Assembly: GCA_963737655.1 (NCBI GenBank)
Contig: CAVTTN010000002.1
Span: forward strand, 3,520,001 to 3,584,000
Origin: an uncultured Planctomycetota bacterium
GTDB lineage: Bacteria; Planctomycetota; Planctomycetia; Isosphaerales; Isosphaeraceae
Reading direction: 5' to 3'
Length of the DNA: 64,000 nucleotides
The position numbers and the translations under genes were made by a program. The notes under the pieces are model-generated. The model was not told the origin of the DNA. It did not search any database and saw nothing but the letters and a program-made list of their open reading frames with translations. Below, one piece after another: positions 43,954 through 53,861 of the stretch (the stretch's first letter is position 1; each line of letters starts with the position of its first letter).

Positions 43954-44336
43954 AGGATGGCATGTCCCTCGGCCTGAAGGGCGAGGGTGGCTTCGCCGAG
44001 GTTCTCCTCCTTCACGAGCAGGTAATCGGTGTCGAAGGTGGAGACGGCGAACAGGCTGATCCCGGCCCTGGCCAGGCCGCCGGAGAGCTTCGCGAGCACT
44101 CCGACCGTCGCCAGGTCCATCGGCCCGGCGACCTCGAACGCCCTCCAGCCGCGATCGGCCTCGATCCCCCCGGGGACGGCGACGGCTTCGCAGACGATGG
44201 ACGTCTCCGACCGGGTCCTGGTCACGCTGAAGAAGTCGCCCTGGACGGCCCAGCCCGGGATCGGCTCGCCCGGCCCGAGGCGGCAGATCGCCATCCGGCC
44301 CGGCATCAGGATCAACGTCATCGCTCGATCGAACAT
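43950..44336 (-). CDS. ACT domain protein (CASTOR/ACT_7-like)
   Basis: SVTRTRSETSIVC, GPMDL..VGVLA, AGISLFAVSTFDTDYLLV. Confidence 0.85.
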   Translation of the reverse strand: MFDRAMTLILMPGRMAICRLGPGEPIPGWAVQGDFFSVTRTRSETSIVCEAVAVPGGIEADRGWRAFEVAGPMDLATVGVLAKLSGGLARAGISLFAVSTFDTDYLLVKEENLGEATLALQAEGHAIL

Positions 44337-44359
44337 CGGGCCCTCTCCGAACGAGCGAG

Positions 44360-45394
44360 TCAGTACGAATCGGCCGAGAGGATCTCGCCGCCGGAGATCG
44401 AGCCCAGGGCCCGCCAGGTTTGCCAGGTGATCGAGTTGCGGAGGAACTTCACGCTGCCGTCGCCGAACAGGGCGTTGACCCCTCCGGGATGATAGCTCCG
44501 GGCCGTCACGGCCGAATAGGTCGGGCCGCCGTCGTCTTCGTCCTCGGACGTGAAGTCCGTGTCCTGGGCGTTCGGCCCGCCAGGCGACCGGGTGTTCGGC
44601 GGCAAGGCCGTCGTGAAGCCGTCGTAAAACGAGTTGCCGTTGACCCACCGGGTATGGCCGCTGGCCACCTTGCCGCAGGACGACCCCGCCGAGCCGATCA
44701 CGCTTAAAATCGACGCCGGATCGGGGCTGACTCCGGGAGAGGCCAGGCTCGCCGGGACGGCCGCCGGGCAGTCATGGTAGACCTGCCCGTACGTCCTGAC
44801 CTCGGCGGCCAGGAGAGACTGGCTCAGGCCGTCGGTGAACGCCGAGAACCTCCGGCTCGCGTTGGTCTGGAAGGCTCCCCGATTGTCCGGTGCCGATGCC
44901 CCCCCGAACGAGTACCAGTCCCCCACGTTCCACGCGTAATTCGAGACTCCGAAGGTCGTCTGGACGCCCGTCGTGGCGTTGGTGCTCACGAACGGGTTCG
45001 AATGGATCTCGCTCGGGCAGATCAGGACCGAGACCGTCGACGACGCGACCGTGACGTTCACCGGCGAGCTCGTCGGCATCGCGAAGTTGATCGCATCGAA
45101 CAGCGGCCCCTGCTCCGCGAACGGAAGGAGTCGCGAGGTCACGCCCCATTGCGACTTCCACGCCACCTTCCCCGCCACGATCTTGAGCACTTGCTGGGGA
45201 GGCAACGCGCCGTGGACGCCCTCATAATTCATCACCGCCAGGCCCAGTTGCTTCAAATTGTTCGTGCACCGCATCCGCCGGGCCGCCTCCCTCGCTCCCT
45301 GGACCGCCGGAAGGAGCAGCCCGATCAGCACGCCGATGATCGCGATCACCACCAGAAGCTCAATCAGGGTGAATCCCCGTCGTTCCGTCTTCAT
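44360..45394 (-). CDS. DUF1559 prepilin-type protein
   Basis: [15 protein letters not shown]...[14 protein letters not shown] and [17 protein letters not shown]. Confidence 0.92.
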   Translation of the reverse strand: MKTERRGFTLIELLVVIAIIGVLIGLLLPAVQGAREAARRMRCTNNLKQLGLAVMNYEGVHGALPPQQVLKIVAGKVAWKSQWGVTSRLLPFAEQGPLFDAINFAMPTSSPVNVTVASSTVSVLICPSEIHSNPFVSTNATTGVQTTFGVSNYAWNVGDWYSFGGASAPDNRGAFQTNASRRFSAFTDGLSQSLLAAEVRTYGQVYHDCPAAVPASLASPGVSPDPASILSVIGSAGSSCGKVASGHTRWVNGNSFYDGFTTALPPNTRSPGGPNAQDTDFTSEDEDDGGPTYSAVTARSYHPGGVNALFGDGSVKFLRNSITWQTWRALGSISGGEILSADSY

Positions 45395-45410
45395 CCCATC
45401 CTCCTGGTCT

Positions 45411-45448
45411 TGATACTGAGATTCAGTCTCATTGAGACAGGATCTCAA
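45411..45448. promoter_or_regulatory. Tandem palindromic operator, Fur-box-like
   Basis: TGAGA-N5-TCTCA occurs twice (45417-45431 and 45433-45447), just upstream of the DUF1559 RBS. Confidence 0.6.
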
Positions 45449-45630
45449 CACAAGTCGAGCTGCCTGTCAAGGCGCCGGCTGGTCATTTTTGGACGATTCC
45501 TCTCGGGTGTCTGGAAACCGAAGCGACCTGGCTGGCCCGGGTTCCGAAGCCGGAATCCGAACCAGCCAGGACGCTTTGGAAGACACCTCGGCCCCATGAG
45601 AAACCGCCCCGGCGCGTCCGGAGGGCGATT

Positions 45631-46194
45631 TCAGAGGCCGATGCGTGACCTGCGGAGGGACTCGTGAAGGAGGGCCACGACCGTCATCGAGTCGGTGACG
45701 TCGCCTCGATGGAGGAGGTCGAGGGCCTCGGCCCAGGAGACGCGGCGGACCCGGATTTTCTCGGTCCCCTCGGGCTCGCTCGGCCCTCGGTGGAGGCCGG
45801 TGGCGCGGAAGAGGACGGCGGCCTCGTCGGTCGCGGAGTTCGACAGGTGGACGGCCCCGCCGATCGGTTCGAGGCGATCGGCCACGAGGCCGGTCTCCTC
45901 GCGAAGCTCGCGGCGGGCGGCCTCATCGGGCGACTCTCCCTCGGGTGCCCCGCCCTCGGGGATCTCCCAGGAATACCGCTCGATGGCGTAACGATACTGG
46001 CCGACCAGCCAGATCGAGCCGTCGTCCTCGACCGGGAGGACCCCGACCGCCAGGTTCTTGAAGTGGACGACGCCATAGATCCCGGGCTGACCGTCGGGAC
46101 GGATCACCCGATCTTCGCGGACGGAGATCCAGGGGTTCTCATAGACGGGGCGACGGTCCAGGGTCGTCCACGGATTGGCCTCCGGCTCACTCAT
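45631..46194 (-). CDS. NUDIX hydrolase (ADP-ribose pyrophosphatase-like)
   Basis: QYRY, WEIPEGG.....[16 protein letters not shown]udix box. Confidence 0.9.
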   Translation of the reverse strand: MSEPEANPWTTLDRRPVYENPWISVREDRVIRPDGQPGIYGVVHFKNLAVGVLPVEDDGSIWLVGQYRYAIERYSWEIPEGGAPEGESPDEAARRELREETGLVADRLEPIGGAVHLSNSATDEAAVLFRATGLHRGPSEPEGTEKIRVRRVSWAEALDLLHRGDVTDSMTVVALLHESLRRSRIGL

Positions 46195-46204
46195 CGGCAA
46201 CTCC

Positions 46205-46368
46205 GTAAGGTGCATGAAATGCACCGATGAATAAGATGCAAGAGATGAACCATCCACGCATCGGCCGATGGCTCGCCTCCGATTTCCGTCCCCCGTTCCG
46301 TCGCGAATCGGGGGAGGAAGCGGAGGACCTCGGCGGCCTCGCGGATGGTGCATCTTCCTGCAGCCTAC
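46205..46368. repeat. REP family A composite inverted pair
   Basis: GTAAGGTGCATGAAATGCACC ... GGTGCATCTTCCTGCAGCCTAC. Confidence 0.75.
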
Positions 46369-47246
46369 GCTCGGAGGACGGCCTGGAGGGTGATCCCCAT
46401 GTCGGCGGGGCTCTGGGCGACCTGGATCCCCGCGCCTTCGAGGGCCGCGATCTTGTCGCTGGCCTTGCCCGAGCCGCCGGAGATGATCGCGCCGGCGTGG
46501 CCCATCCTCTTGCCCGGGGGGGCGGTCTGGCCGGCGATGAACGCGGCCAGCGGCTTGGTGAACCGGCCGGACTTCTTCAGGGCCGCGGCCTGTTCCTCGG
46601 CGTCCCCGCCGATCTCGCCCATCATCAGGACGGCGTCGGTGTCCGGGTCGTCCTGGAACATCGCGAGGACATCGACGAAGCTCGTGCCGTTGACCGGGTC
46701 GCCGCCGATCCCCACGCAGGTGCTCTGGCCGATCCCCAGGTTCGTCAGTTGCCAGACGGCTTCGTAGGTGAGCGTCCCCGACCGGCTGACCACGCCGATC
46801 CGGCCCGGCTTGTGGATGTATCCCGGCATGATGCCGATCTTGCACGCGCCGGGGGTGATCACTCCGGGGCAATTCGGGCCGATCAGCCGGGCTTTCGGGT
46901 GGTGGATCTTGAGGTACTCGACGGCCCGGGCCATGTCGAGGACGGGGATGCCCTCGGTGATCGCCACGATCAGGGTGATCCCCGCGTCGGCCGCTTCGAG
47001 GATGGCGTCGGCCGCCCCGGGAGGCGGGACGAAGATCATGGTGGCGTTGGCGCCGACGGCCGAGACGGCCTCGTGGCAGGTGTCGAAGACGGGGACGCCC
47101 ACGGCGGTCTGGCCGCCTCGTCCGGGGGTGACCCCGCCGACGAGGTTGGTGCCATACGCCTTGCACTGCTCCGAATGGAACGCGCCCGCCTTGCCGGTGA
47201 TTCCCTGGCAGATCAGCCGCGTGTCCTTGCCGACGAGGATGCTCAT
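46365..47246 (-). CDS. sucD: Succinate--CoA ligase alpha subunit
   Basis: [31 protein letters not shown] (phospho-His). Confidence 0.97.
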   Translation of the reverse strand: MSILVGKDTRLICQGITGKAGAFHSEQCKAYGTNLVGGVTPGRGGQTAVGVPVFDTCHEAVSAVGANATMIFVPPPGAADAILEAADAGITLIVAITEGIPVLDMARAVEYLKIHHPKARLIGPNCPGVITPGACKIGIMPGYIHKPGRIGVVSRSGTLTYEAVWQLTNLGIGQSTCVGIGGDPVNGTSFVDVLAMFQDDPDTDAVLMMGEIGGDAEEQAAALKKSGRFTKPLAAFIAGQTAPPGKRMGHAGAIISGGSGKASDKIAALEGAGIQVAQSPADMGITLQAVLRA

Positions 47247-47694
47247 GGGATGATCCCGAGGGTTGATGGAAGGCCCGCCATCTTACCGACCCTCGCGCGA
47301 GTTTCCCACCCTGGCGGCCCGCCCTCCGGGCGCTTTCTCGGGACGCGATCGGCGGTCCGGCCTGTGCGGATCGTGCGAGGCCTGATGCATTCCCGTAAGA
47401 TCGGTCCGGCTCGTCCTTTCGAAAAAGCGGAGGCGTCGCCATTTTTTGGGGACAACGCCCGGGGCCTCCGACGCATCTCTCCATCATGAGGCCACCAAAG
47501 GCCGGCCGAGCCAGGCTCTCCGAGAGGAGTCCTCCTCGGCCGTCGATGGAGCGGTGGACCTCGATCGGGCCCCCTCTGAGCGGGCGGCCCCTCGGTCAAC
47601 TCGCCCCCAGATTCGCCGGGCTTTCCAGTCCCCTGGCTGTCCTTCCGCGCCCCGACTGCCCCGGGGCCGACCGGACCGAAGAGGAGTTCCCCCC

Positions 47695-49209
47695 ATGACC
47701 GCCCTCGCCCGGACCCTCCGATCGGCCGCTCCTTCCGCCCCCGAGGACCAGTCCGAAGGGCGGCCCGAGGACGCCGAGCGACGGATCGAGGACTGGATCG
47801 TCAGCAACCTCGACGGCGACGCCTCCGACCGACCCGGGGCGTACCTCGACGGCCTCCTCCTGAAGTCCCCGGTCAAGAGGAAGGGGGCCGGGGCCTCGCC
47901 GTCTCCCTCGCCCGAACCGCCCGTCCGTCCCTGGAAGCATTTCGCCGTGGCCAAGCTCCGGGGGATCACCATCGTGAAGCTCGTGGACTCGAACCTGATC
48001 CGAGACACCGTCCTCCACGAGCTGGGGGACGAGCTCGCCGCCCTGATCGACTCCGGGGCCCGCCGCCTCGTGGTCGATTTCCAGAGGGTCGAGCGGCTCT
48101 CCAGCCACCTCGTGGCCTCCCTGGCCGAAGCCTACGCCCGCTGCACGGCCACCGTCGGCGGATTGCTCCGGGTCTGCCGCCTGAACCCGGAGATCGCCCC
48201 GGTCTTCTCGCTGGTCGGCCGGATGATCGGGATCGAGGCATTCGCCGACGAGAAAACGGCCGTCGAGGCCCCCTGGCCCGGCCCGACCCTGCTCCTCCCC
48301 CTGCCCGTGTCGATCCTCTCGGCCCTGGCGGCGGGGGAATCCGGCGTCGATCTGGACACCCGGGGGATCGCGTCCGATTCGGCCCCTGCGCTCGACGACG
48401 ACCAGGCCGAGGCCCTCGCCGCCGCCCCTCCGGTGGTCCTCGTCGGCGACGACGGCCGGATGGCCCCGGTCGGCCCCGGCGAATTCTCGATCGGCCGCGA
48501 GGAAGCCTGCGACCTCTGGCTCGACCTGCCCAGCGTCAGCCGTCGCCACGCGGCGATCGAGAACTTCGGCCGAGGGGTGACCCTCCGCGACCTGGGCAGC
48601 ACCAACGGCACGATCCTCAACGGCCGGACCCTCCGAAAGTCCTCCGAACTCCTCCGCAACGGCGACCGGATCGAGGTCGGGGGCCACCGCTTCGTCGTCT
48701 CGATCGGCGACGCCGCCCGGTTCGAGGAGGCCGTCGAGGACCACCTCCTGGACTGGCTCGGCACCCACTCATCCCCCATGCCCGAAGACCTCGACGACGA
48801 CGAGGACGCCGCCGAAACCCCGACCCTGACCGGCGCCGAGACGCTCGACCTGGGCATCGCCTCGGTCGCCATCAAGTGCGAGCGGATCGAGGACGTCCTG
48901 CTCGTCACGCCGATGCTGCCTCATCTCGACGAGGAATCGGCCGTCAACGCCCTCCGGGAAGCCCTCCTGGACCTCCTCGATCGCGGCCTGCCGACCCGCC
49001 TGGTGGTGAACCTCCCGATCGTCGAAAGGCTCTCCAGCGGGGCCATCGGGGTCCTCCTCGCCCACCAGCTCCGGCTCCACCGCCTGGGAGGAGCCATGAG
49101 GCTAGTCCAGGTCCAGCCCCTCGTGCGGACTTATCTGACCCACATCCGCCTGCCCATGCTCGTCGAGATCCACGAAACCCTCGACGATGCGGTGTTGACC
49201 TCCTGGTGA
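47695..49209 (+). CDS. STAS-FHA-STAS multidomain signalling protein
   Basis: VDFQRVERLSS (STAS 1); IGR...VSRRHA...DLGSTNGT..NG (FHA); VNLPIVERLSSGAIG (STAS 2). Confidence 0.8.
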   Translation: MTALARTLRSAAPSAPEDQSEGRPEDAERRIEDWIVSNLDGDASDRPGAYLDGLLLKSPVKRKGAGASPSPSPEPPVRPWKHFAVAKLRGITIVKLVDSNLIRDTVLHELGDELAALIDSGARRLVVDFQRVERLSSHLVASLAEAYARCTATVGGLLRVCRLNPEIAPVFSLVGRMIGIEAFADEKTAVEAPWPGPTLLLPLPVSILSALAAGESGVDLDTRGIASDSAPALDDDQAEALAAAPPVVLVGDDGRMAPVGPGEFSIGREEACDLWLDLPSVSRRHAAIENFGRGVTLRDLGSTNGTILNGRTLRKSSELLRNGDRIEVGGHRFVVSIGDAARFEEAVEDHLLDWLGTHSSPMPEDLDDDEDAAETPTLTGAETLDLGIASVAIKCERIEDVLLVTPMLPHLDEESAVNALREALLDLLDRGLPTRLVVNLPIVERLSSGAIGVLLAHQLRLHRLGGAMRLVQVQPLVRTYLTHIRLPMLVEIHETLDDAVLTSW

Positions 49210-49278
49210 GCGAGTCGGTTGAGAGCGGTTTTCGATCGGATGAAGCGGTGGACTTCCGAACGAACCTCTTTTCCCGTC

Positions 49279-49331
49279 GTAGGGCAGGCCTTCGGCTGCC
49301 GTCGGTCCCGGCAGGCCAAGGCCTGACCTAC
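49279..49331. repeat. GTAG-REP family C inverted pair
   Basis: GTAGGGCAGGCCTTCGGCTGCC ... GGCAGGCCAAGGCCTGACCTAC. Confidence 0.8.
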
Positions 49332-49528
49332 GAGTTCTCAACCGCCACGCTCAATCGAAAAAATGCACCAACCGTCCAGGTGGTCAAGGATCGACCCAGG
49401 CCGCTCGGCCAACGGCGGGAACAAAATACCTCAAGAAACGGCATCCAGCCAATCGATGCCGACCGGTCCGGAAACGAGGGTCCCGGTCGCGGTCGATTCA
49501 GCGAGTCATGGCCGCGCACCCACGCCGA

Positions 49529-50407
49529 TCAGAGCGAACCCCCACCATAATACGACGGATTCGTGAGGCGAATCCCGACGATTCCGGGAGTCGTGTCGGG
49601 GTTGATCAGGTTGCCCTGGAGGTCGGTCAGACCTGAACCGGTGTTCGACGGCGGCACCAGCCGGAGCAAAGACTTCGTGCGCCTCCCCTGAATCGGGTTC
49701 GCCGCCAGGGGATCGTTGCGAACGGGCTGCTTCGGGATCAGCGTCACCGATTGGGTCGACGGGTCGTACCGGGCGGATCGGAGCGGCACCGAATGCGCAG
49801 AAAGCGATTGACTCAGTCCCAGGAAGCCGGTGGATTGGCTGGTCGCCGCTTGAACAAAGTAATTCTTCACATTCGAGGCAGCGACGGGATTCATCGGTTT
49901 GTTGAATCTCACCACGATGCCGGAGGGCGCGTTCGACGCGGAGACGACCCTCGGGGGGAGCGTGGGTTCCGACGCCACGATCGTCAGATCCATCATGGCG
50001 AATGCGAGGTTGACGATCGGCGTGGAATTGATGGATTTGATGAAGAAGGGGACGTCCACGACGCCCGGGTTGGGTGCTCCGGCGAGAATCGGGACGGTCA
50101 GGGAGGCTTGACCCTGGCCGTCGGCAAACGTGAGGGTCTGATCCGTGGCGCCCACGTATGGCGTGTACCCATACGTCGCCACCTCAACCTGCAAAGGGCC
50201 GGCGGTGTCGGGGCGCGACAGGGTCACGGTGGCTTCGCCGGCTTGCTGCGTCACCACTTGCGTGGGAAATCGAGGGGTCCCGGATTGGTCCCCCACGAAA
50301 CGCACGATCGGGGGTTTCTCGGGAGTCGACGCGGGTCCGGCCGACAGGAGCAACCGCCCTTCGAGCTCGAAGGGCGCAGCCGCGAAGGCACGCGCAGGGC
50401 GGGGCAT
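49529..50407 (-). CDS. Secreted protein with planctomycete export motif and Calx-beta/Ig-like segment
   Basis: ELEGRLLLS, TLTFADGQ, VRFNKPMNP, LTDLQGN. Confidence 0.65.
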   Translation of the reverse strand: MPRPARAFAAAPFELEGRLLLSAGPASTPEKPPIVRFVGDQSGTPRFPTQVVTQQAGEATVTLSRPDTAGPLQVEVATYGYTPYVGATDQTLTFADGQGQASLTVPILAGAPNPGVVDVPFFIKSINSTPIVNLAFAMMDLTIVASEPTLPPRVVSASNAPSGIVVRFNKPMNPVAASNVKNYFVQAATSQSTGFLGLSQSLSAHSVPLRSARYDPSTQSVTLIPKQPVRNDPLAANPIQGRRTKSLLRLVPPSNTGSGLTDLQGNLINPDTTPGIVGIRLTNPSYYGGGSL

Positions 50408-50578
50408 GGGAGGAATCCATCCCAGAAAACCGAGGGGATCGCCCGCGACGGCTTCGACGCGGGCCGAGAACTTCGACCTGGATCGACCGGGGGCATGCCA
50501 GACTTGAGGATTCGTTGGATTTGATCATGCCCCCCGGCGCCGATCCGAGATCCCGGCCGGCGGTCCAGCGACCGAGCG

Positions 50579-51142
50579 TTATCCGCGCCCGCCTCCGTCT
50601 TCTTCCACCGCCTTCACCAGCCTGCGAAACGCAGCCCGAAGCTCCTTCGGCAGTTGAGAGGCAAACCCGGCGGAGAGCCCGCGATGGCGGATCAGGCCGA
50701 TCACGTCGGCCAGGTCGATGGCCCGGACCAGGTGCCTCGTCCCACTTCGGAGTTTCATCGCGACCAGGTCGGCCAGGGAGACGGTCGTGATACCCTGAAG
50801 TTCGACGACTTCCCTGGGCGCCTGAACGATCTGATCGATGGTGACCAGATGGATCGGAAGCCCATCCCTCCGAAATTCTCGTCGGCTGCGATCCGGGGCG
50901 AACCCCAGGGATTGGAGGAGATCGCCCATCGGCTCGTCGGGGCCGGGGACGAAGAGATTGACGTCCCGGGTCGTGCGGACGTAGCCGTGGAGGACCACGG
51001 CGACTCCCCCGATCACCGCCCCTTCGATGCCCGCCGAGGCCATCGCCCGCGAGAGCTCGACGGCCGCCTGGAGGAGCGCCCCCCGGTTCTCCAGCAAGAG
51101 GAGGGCCTCCTCGCGAAGGTCGATCGGGAGGTTCGCGGGCAT
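50579..51142 (-). CDS. Nucleotidyltransferase-superfamily protein
   Basis: IGGVAVVLHGYVRTTRDVN and LVAMKL...R..DLADV. Confidence 0.7.
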   Translation of the reverse strand: MPANLPIDLREEALLLLENRGALLQAAVELSRAMASAGIEGAVIGGVAVVLHGYVRTTRDVNLFVPGPDEPMGDLLQSLGFAPDRSRREFRRDGLPIHLVTIDQIVQAPREVVELQGITTVSLADLVAMKLRSGTRHLVRAIDLADVIGLIRHRGLSAGFASQLPKELRAAFRRLVKAVEEDGGGRG

Positions 51143-51155
51143 GCTGGCTCTCGGT

Positions 51156-52406
51156 TCAGGCGGCGCCTCGAACGGCGGCCACGATCTTTTGCGCGGCGTC
51201 GGTGAGGCCGTCGGCCGCGATGATCTTCCGGCCCGACTCGGCCAGGAGCTTCTTGCCCGCCTCCACGTTCGTCCCTTCGAGCCGGACGACCAGGGGCACC
51301 CGGAAGTCGATCTCGTCATACGCCGCCAGGAGGGCCGCCGCGATCGTGTCGCACTTCATGATCCCGCCAAAGATGTTCACGAGAACACCCTTGACGTTCG
51401 GCGTCGAGAGGAGGATCCGGAAGGCCTCGAGGACCTGGTCCTTGTTCGCGCCTCCGCCGACGTCCAGGAAGTTGGCCGGCTCGCCCCCGTGGTACTTGAT
51501 CAGGTCCATCGTGCTCATGGCCAGGCCGGCGCCATTGACCAGGCAGGCGATGTCGCCGTCGAGCTGGACGTAGCTCAGGCCGCTCCTGGCGGCGCGGAGC
51601 TCGTTGGGGTCTTCCTCGGCCGGATCGAGATATCCGGCGATGTCCTTGTGCTTGAACAGGGCGTTGTCGTCGAAGTTCAGCTTGCAGTCGAGCGCGAGAA
51701 CCTCGCCCTTGTCGGTGACGATCAAGGGGTTGATCTCGGCGAGCGAGGCGTCGGTGTCGAGGAACATCTTCACGAACTGCTTGAGGAAGACGGCCCCCTT
51801 CGCGGCGGATTCGCCCGAGAGGCCCAGGGCCTTGCAGACCTTCCTCGCCTGGAAATCCCCGAGGCCGAACAGGGTGTCGATCGGCTCTCGGTGGATCTTC
51901 TCCGGCGATTCCTCGGCCACCTTCTCGATCTCGACGCCGCCCTCGGTCGAGGCCATCAGCACCGGGCACTTCAGGCCGCGATCCAGGGCCAGGCCCAGGT
52001 ACAACTCCTTGGCGATGTCGTGGCCGACGGTCACGAGGACCTTGGCGATCTTCTGGCCCTCGGCGCCGGTCTGGTACGTCACCAGGGTCTTGCCCAGGAG
52101 GCTGGCGGCGGCGGCCTTCGCCTCGTCGCGGGTCTTGACGAGCTGGACCCCCCTGGCCATGCCCTGGGGGCGGGGCTTCTGGCCCGAGGCGATCGCCAGG
52201 GCCTCGGCCCGATCGACCTCGGGGCCGATCGCCACGCCCTTGCCCCGGCCTCCGGCGTGGACCTGCGCCTTGACGACCACGAGGGGGACGCCGAGCTTGT
52301 CGAACGCCTCGGCGGCCTCCTCGGGGGTCGTCGCCACGATCCCCGCCGGGACGGCCACTCCGGCCTTCTCCAGGATCTCCTTGGCCTGATACTCGTGGAC
52401 CTTCAT
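51156..52406 (-). CDS. sucC: Succinate--CoA ligase beta subunit
   Basis: [42 protein letters not shown]. Confidence 0.97.
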   Translation of the reverse strand: MKVHEYQAKEILEKAGVAVPAGIVATTPEEAAEAFDKLGVPLVVVKAQVHAGGRGKGVAIGPEVDRAEALAIASGQKPRPQGMARGVQLVKTRDEAKAAAASLLGKTLVTYQTGAEGQKIAKVLVTVGHDIAKELYLGLALDRGLKCPVLMASTEGGVEIEKVAEESPEKIHREPIDTLFGLGDFQARKVCKALGLSGESAAKGAVFLKQFVKMFLDTDASLAEINPLIVTDKGEVLALDCKLNFDDNALFKHKDIAGYLDPAEEDPNELRAARSGLSYVQLDGDIACLVNGAGLAMSTMDLIKYHGGEPANFLDVGGGANKDQVLEAFRILLSTPNVKGVLVNIFGGIMKCDTIAAALLAAYDEIDFRVPLVVRLEGTNVEAGKKLLAESGRKIIAADGLTDAAQKIVAAVRGAA

Positions 52407-52505
52407 CGCCCGATGGCCCCCTCGTTGCTCGCCGGGATTCGAACGCCCCCGATCGCCGGGGACGCCCGGTTGTAGCACATCGGCCGGGCCCTTCGCCAGA
52501 CGGCC

Positions 52506-53141
52506 CTACGACCGCTTCTTCCGGCCGCCGCCCGGAGGTTCGCCCTCGACCTCCCGGACGATCCGGGCGATCTCGTCGTCGGTCGGCGCGAAGCCGTCGC
52601 CGGGGGCGTCTCGGAGGCCCGGTTCTTCATCGACGTGAGCAAACGTGTTCATCCAGAAGGCCGCCTCGGCCGCCGACGGCCCCTGCTGGCGGGCCGTCTC
52701 CTCGGGCGAGAGGGCCGGCGCCGGCGCCTCCTTCTTCTTCCGTCCGCGGTCGGCGACCTGGGACAGGAACTCGTCGCACGAGAGCGACCTCGCCCCCTTG
52801 CGGATCGCCGCGACCCTCACCCGATGGTCCGTCGAGACGACCGTCACCGCCTTCGGCGTCGGGTGGGAGGCCAGGATGGCCTCGATCCGGGCGTCGGCGT
52901 CCTCGTCGTCCACCGCGAACAGGATCGTCAGGCCCTTATGTTTTGCCCGATCCGGCCGGTCCGGCGGAGGATGGGCGGCGTCGAACACCACGACGGCCCC
53001 CGCGCTGTCAAGCGGCCCCAACGACGCCGCCAGGTCGTCGAGGAACCGAGTGCGGGCCCTTCGGAGCCCATCGGGCCCGAAGTCGCGTTCCATCAGCCCT
53101 CGGGCATGCATCAGGTTGTAGCCGTCGATGAGGGTCCTCAT
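52506..53141 (-). CDS. NYN domain protein (YacP/Rae1-like)
   Basis: LIDGYNL, VVFDA, DADARIE, VVSTD acidic motifs of the PIN/NYN fold. Confidence 0.82.
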   Translation of the reverse strand: MRTLIDGYNLMHARGLMERDFGPDGLRRARTRFLDDLAASLGPLDSAGAVVVFDAAHPPPDRPDRAKHKGLTILFAVDDEDADARIEAILASHPTPKAVTVVSTDHRVRVAAIRKGARSLSCDEFLSQVADRGRKKKEAPAPALSPEETARQQGPSAAEAAFWMNTFAHVDEEPGLRDAPGDGFAPTDDEIARIVREVEGEPPGGGRKKRS

Positions 53142-53819
53142 GTCCACGATTGTATCCCGACCCCAGGCCCGAGGGGAGGTCGGCGACCCGTCGCGGGTCG
53201 TGGCAATCGGTTCGAATGCCGATGTGAAATTTTCATGGAATCATGATTTGAGATCGGGGAACGCACGGTCTCGTGACCGCGGCCGGGATCGAACCCAGGT
53301 TAGAATCTCATGATTTCCAATATTGTTGATATTACTCAATTTTACGTTTCGCAAGATCGTCGATGTCAACAAAGTGGACAACACAATCATCAAACTGGAC
53401 TACACTCGAGGGGCCAAAAACGCATTCCATCCGAGAAAACAAGGCGAAACCGGGCGCGCACTCGGTAAGGCCAGGTTCCACTTGCCAGAATCTGCATACT
53501 TTTGATGAATGGACTCAAATTCGGTTCTCGCAATAACTTACGCCGCCAGGAGACAGGGTCGCCTCCTGCCGGAAAACGCCCGGATTACGCTTCGTTCCGG
53601 GCCCTGGCTCGGGGCCCGAATCCGAGGGCCGATGCCGCGGGCTCCCGGAGCTTGGCCGGGATCGGGTGATCGGCGGCGTCGGGCGTCTCGATACTCCTTC
53701 CAGAAACTCGATTCGAACGGCCGCGATAAGAAGCGTTTCCTTCTCGGCGGACGGTTCTTCGGGGGCGTCCCGGCCGAGCGACCCCCGGGAAGGAAACGGC
53801 CCTGTCCCGGGGAATCGTC

Positions 53820-53848
53820 TTGCGGAACGTGCGGAGACCGGCCAAGAT
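53820..53848 (+). promoter_or_regulatory. Possible sigma70 promoter of the tRNA
   Basis: TTGCGG-17 nt-CAAGAT, ending 13 nt before the tRNA 5' end. Confidence 0.35.
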
Positions 53849-53861
53849 GGATGCGTTCGAC

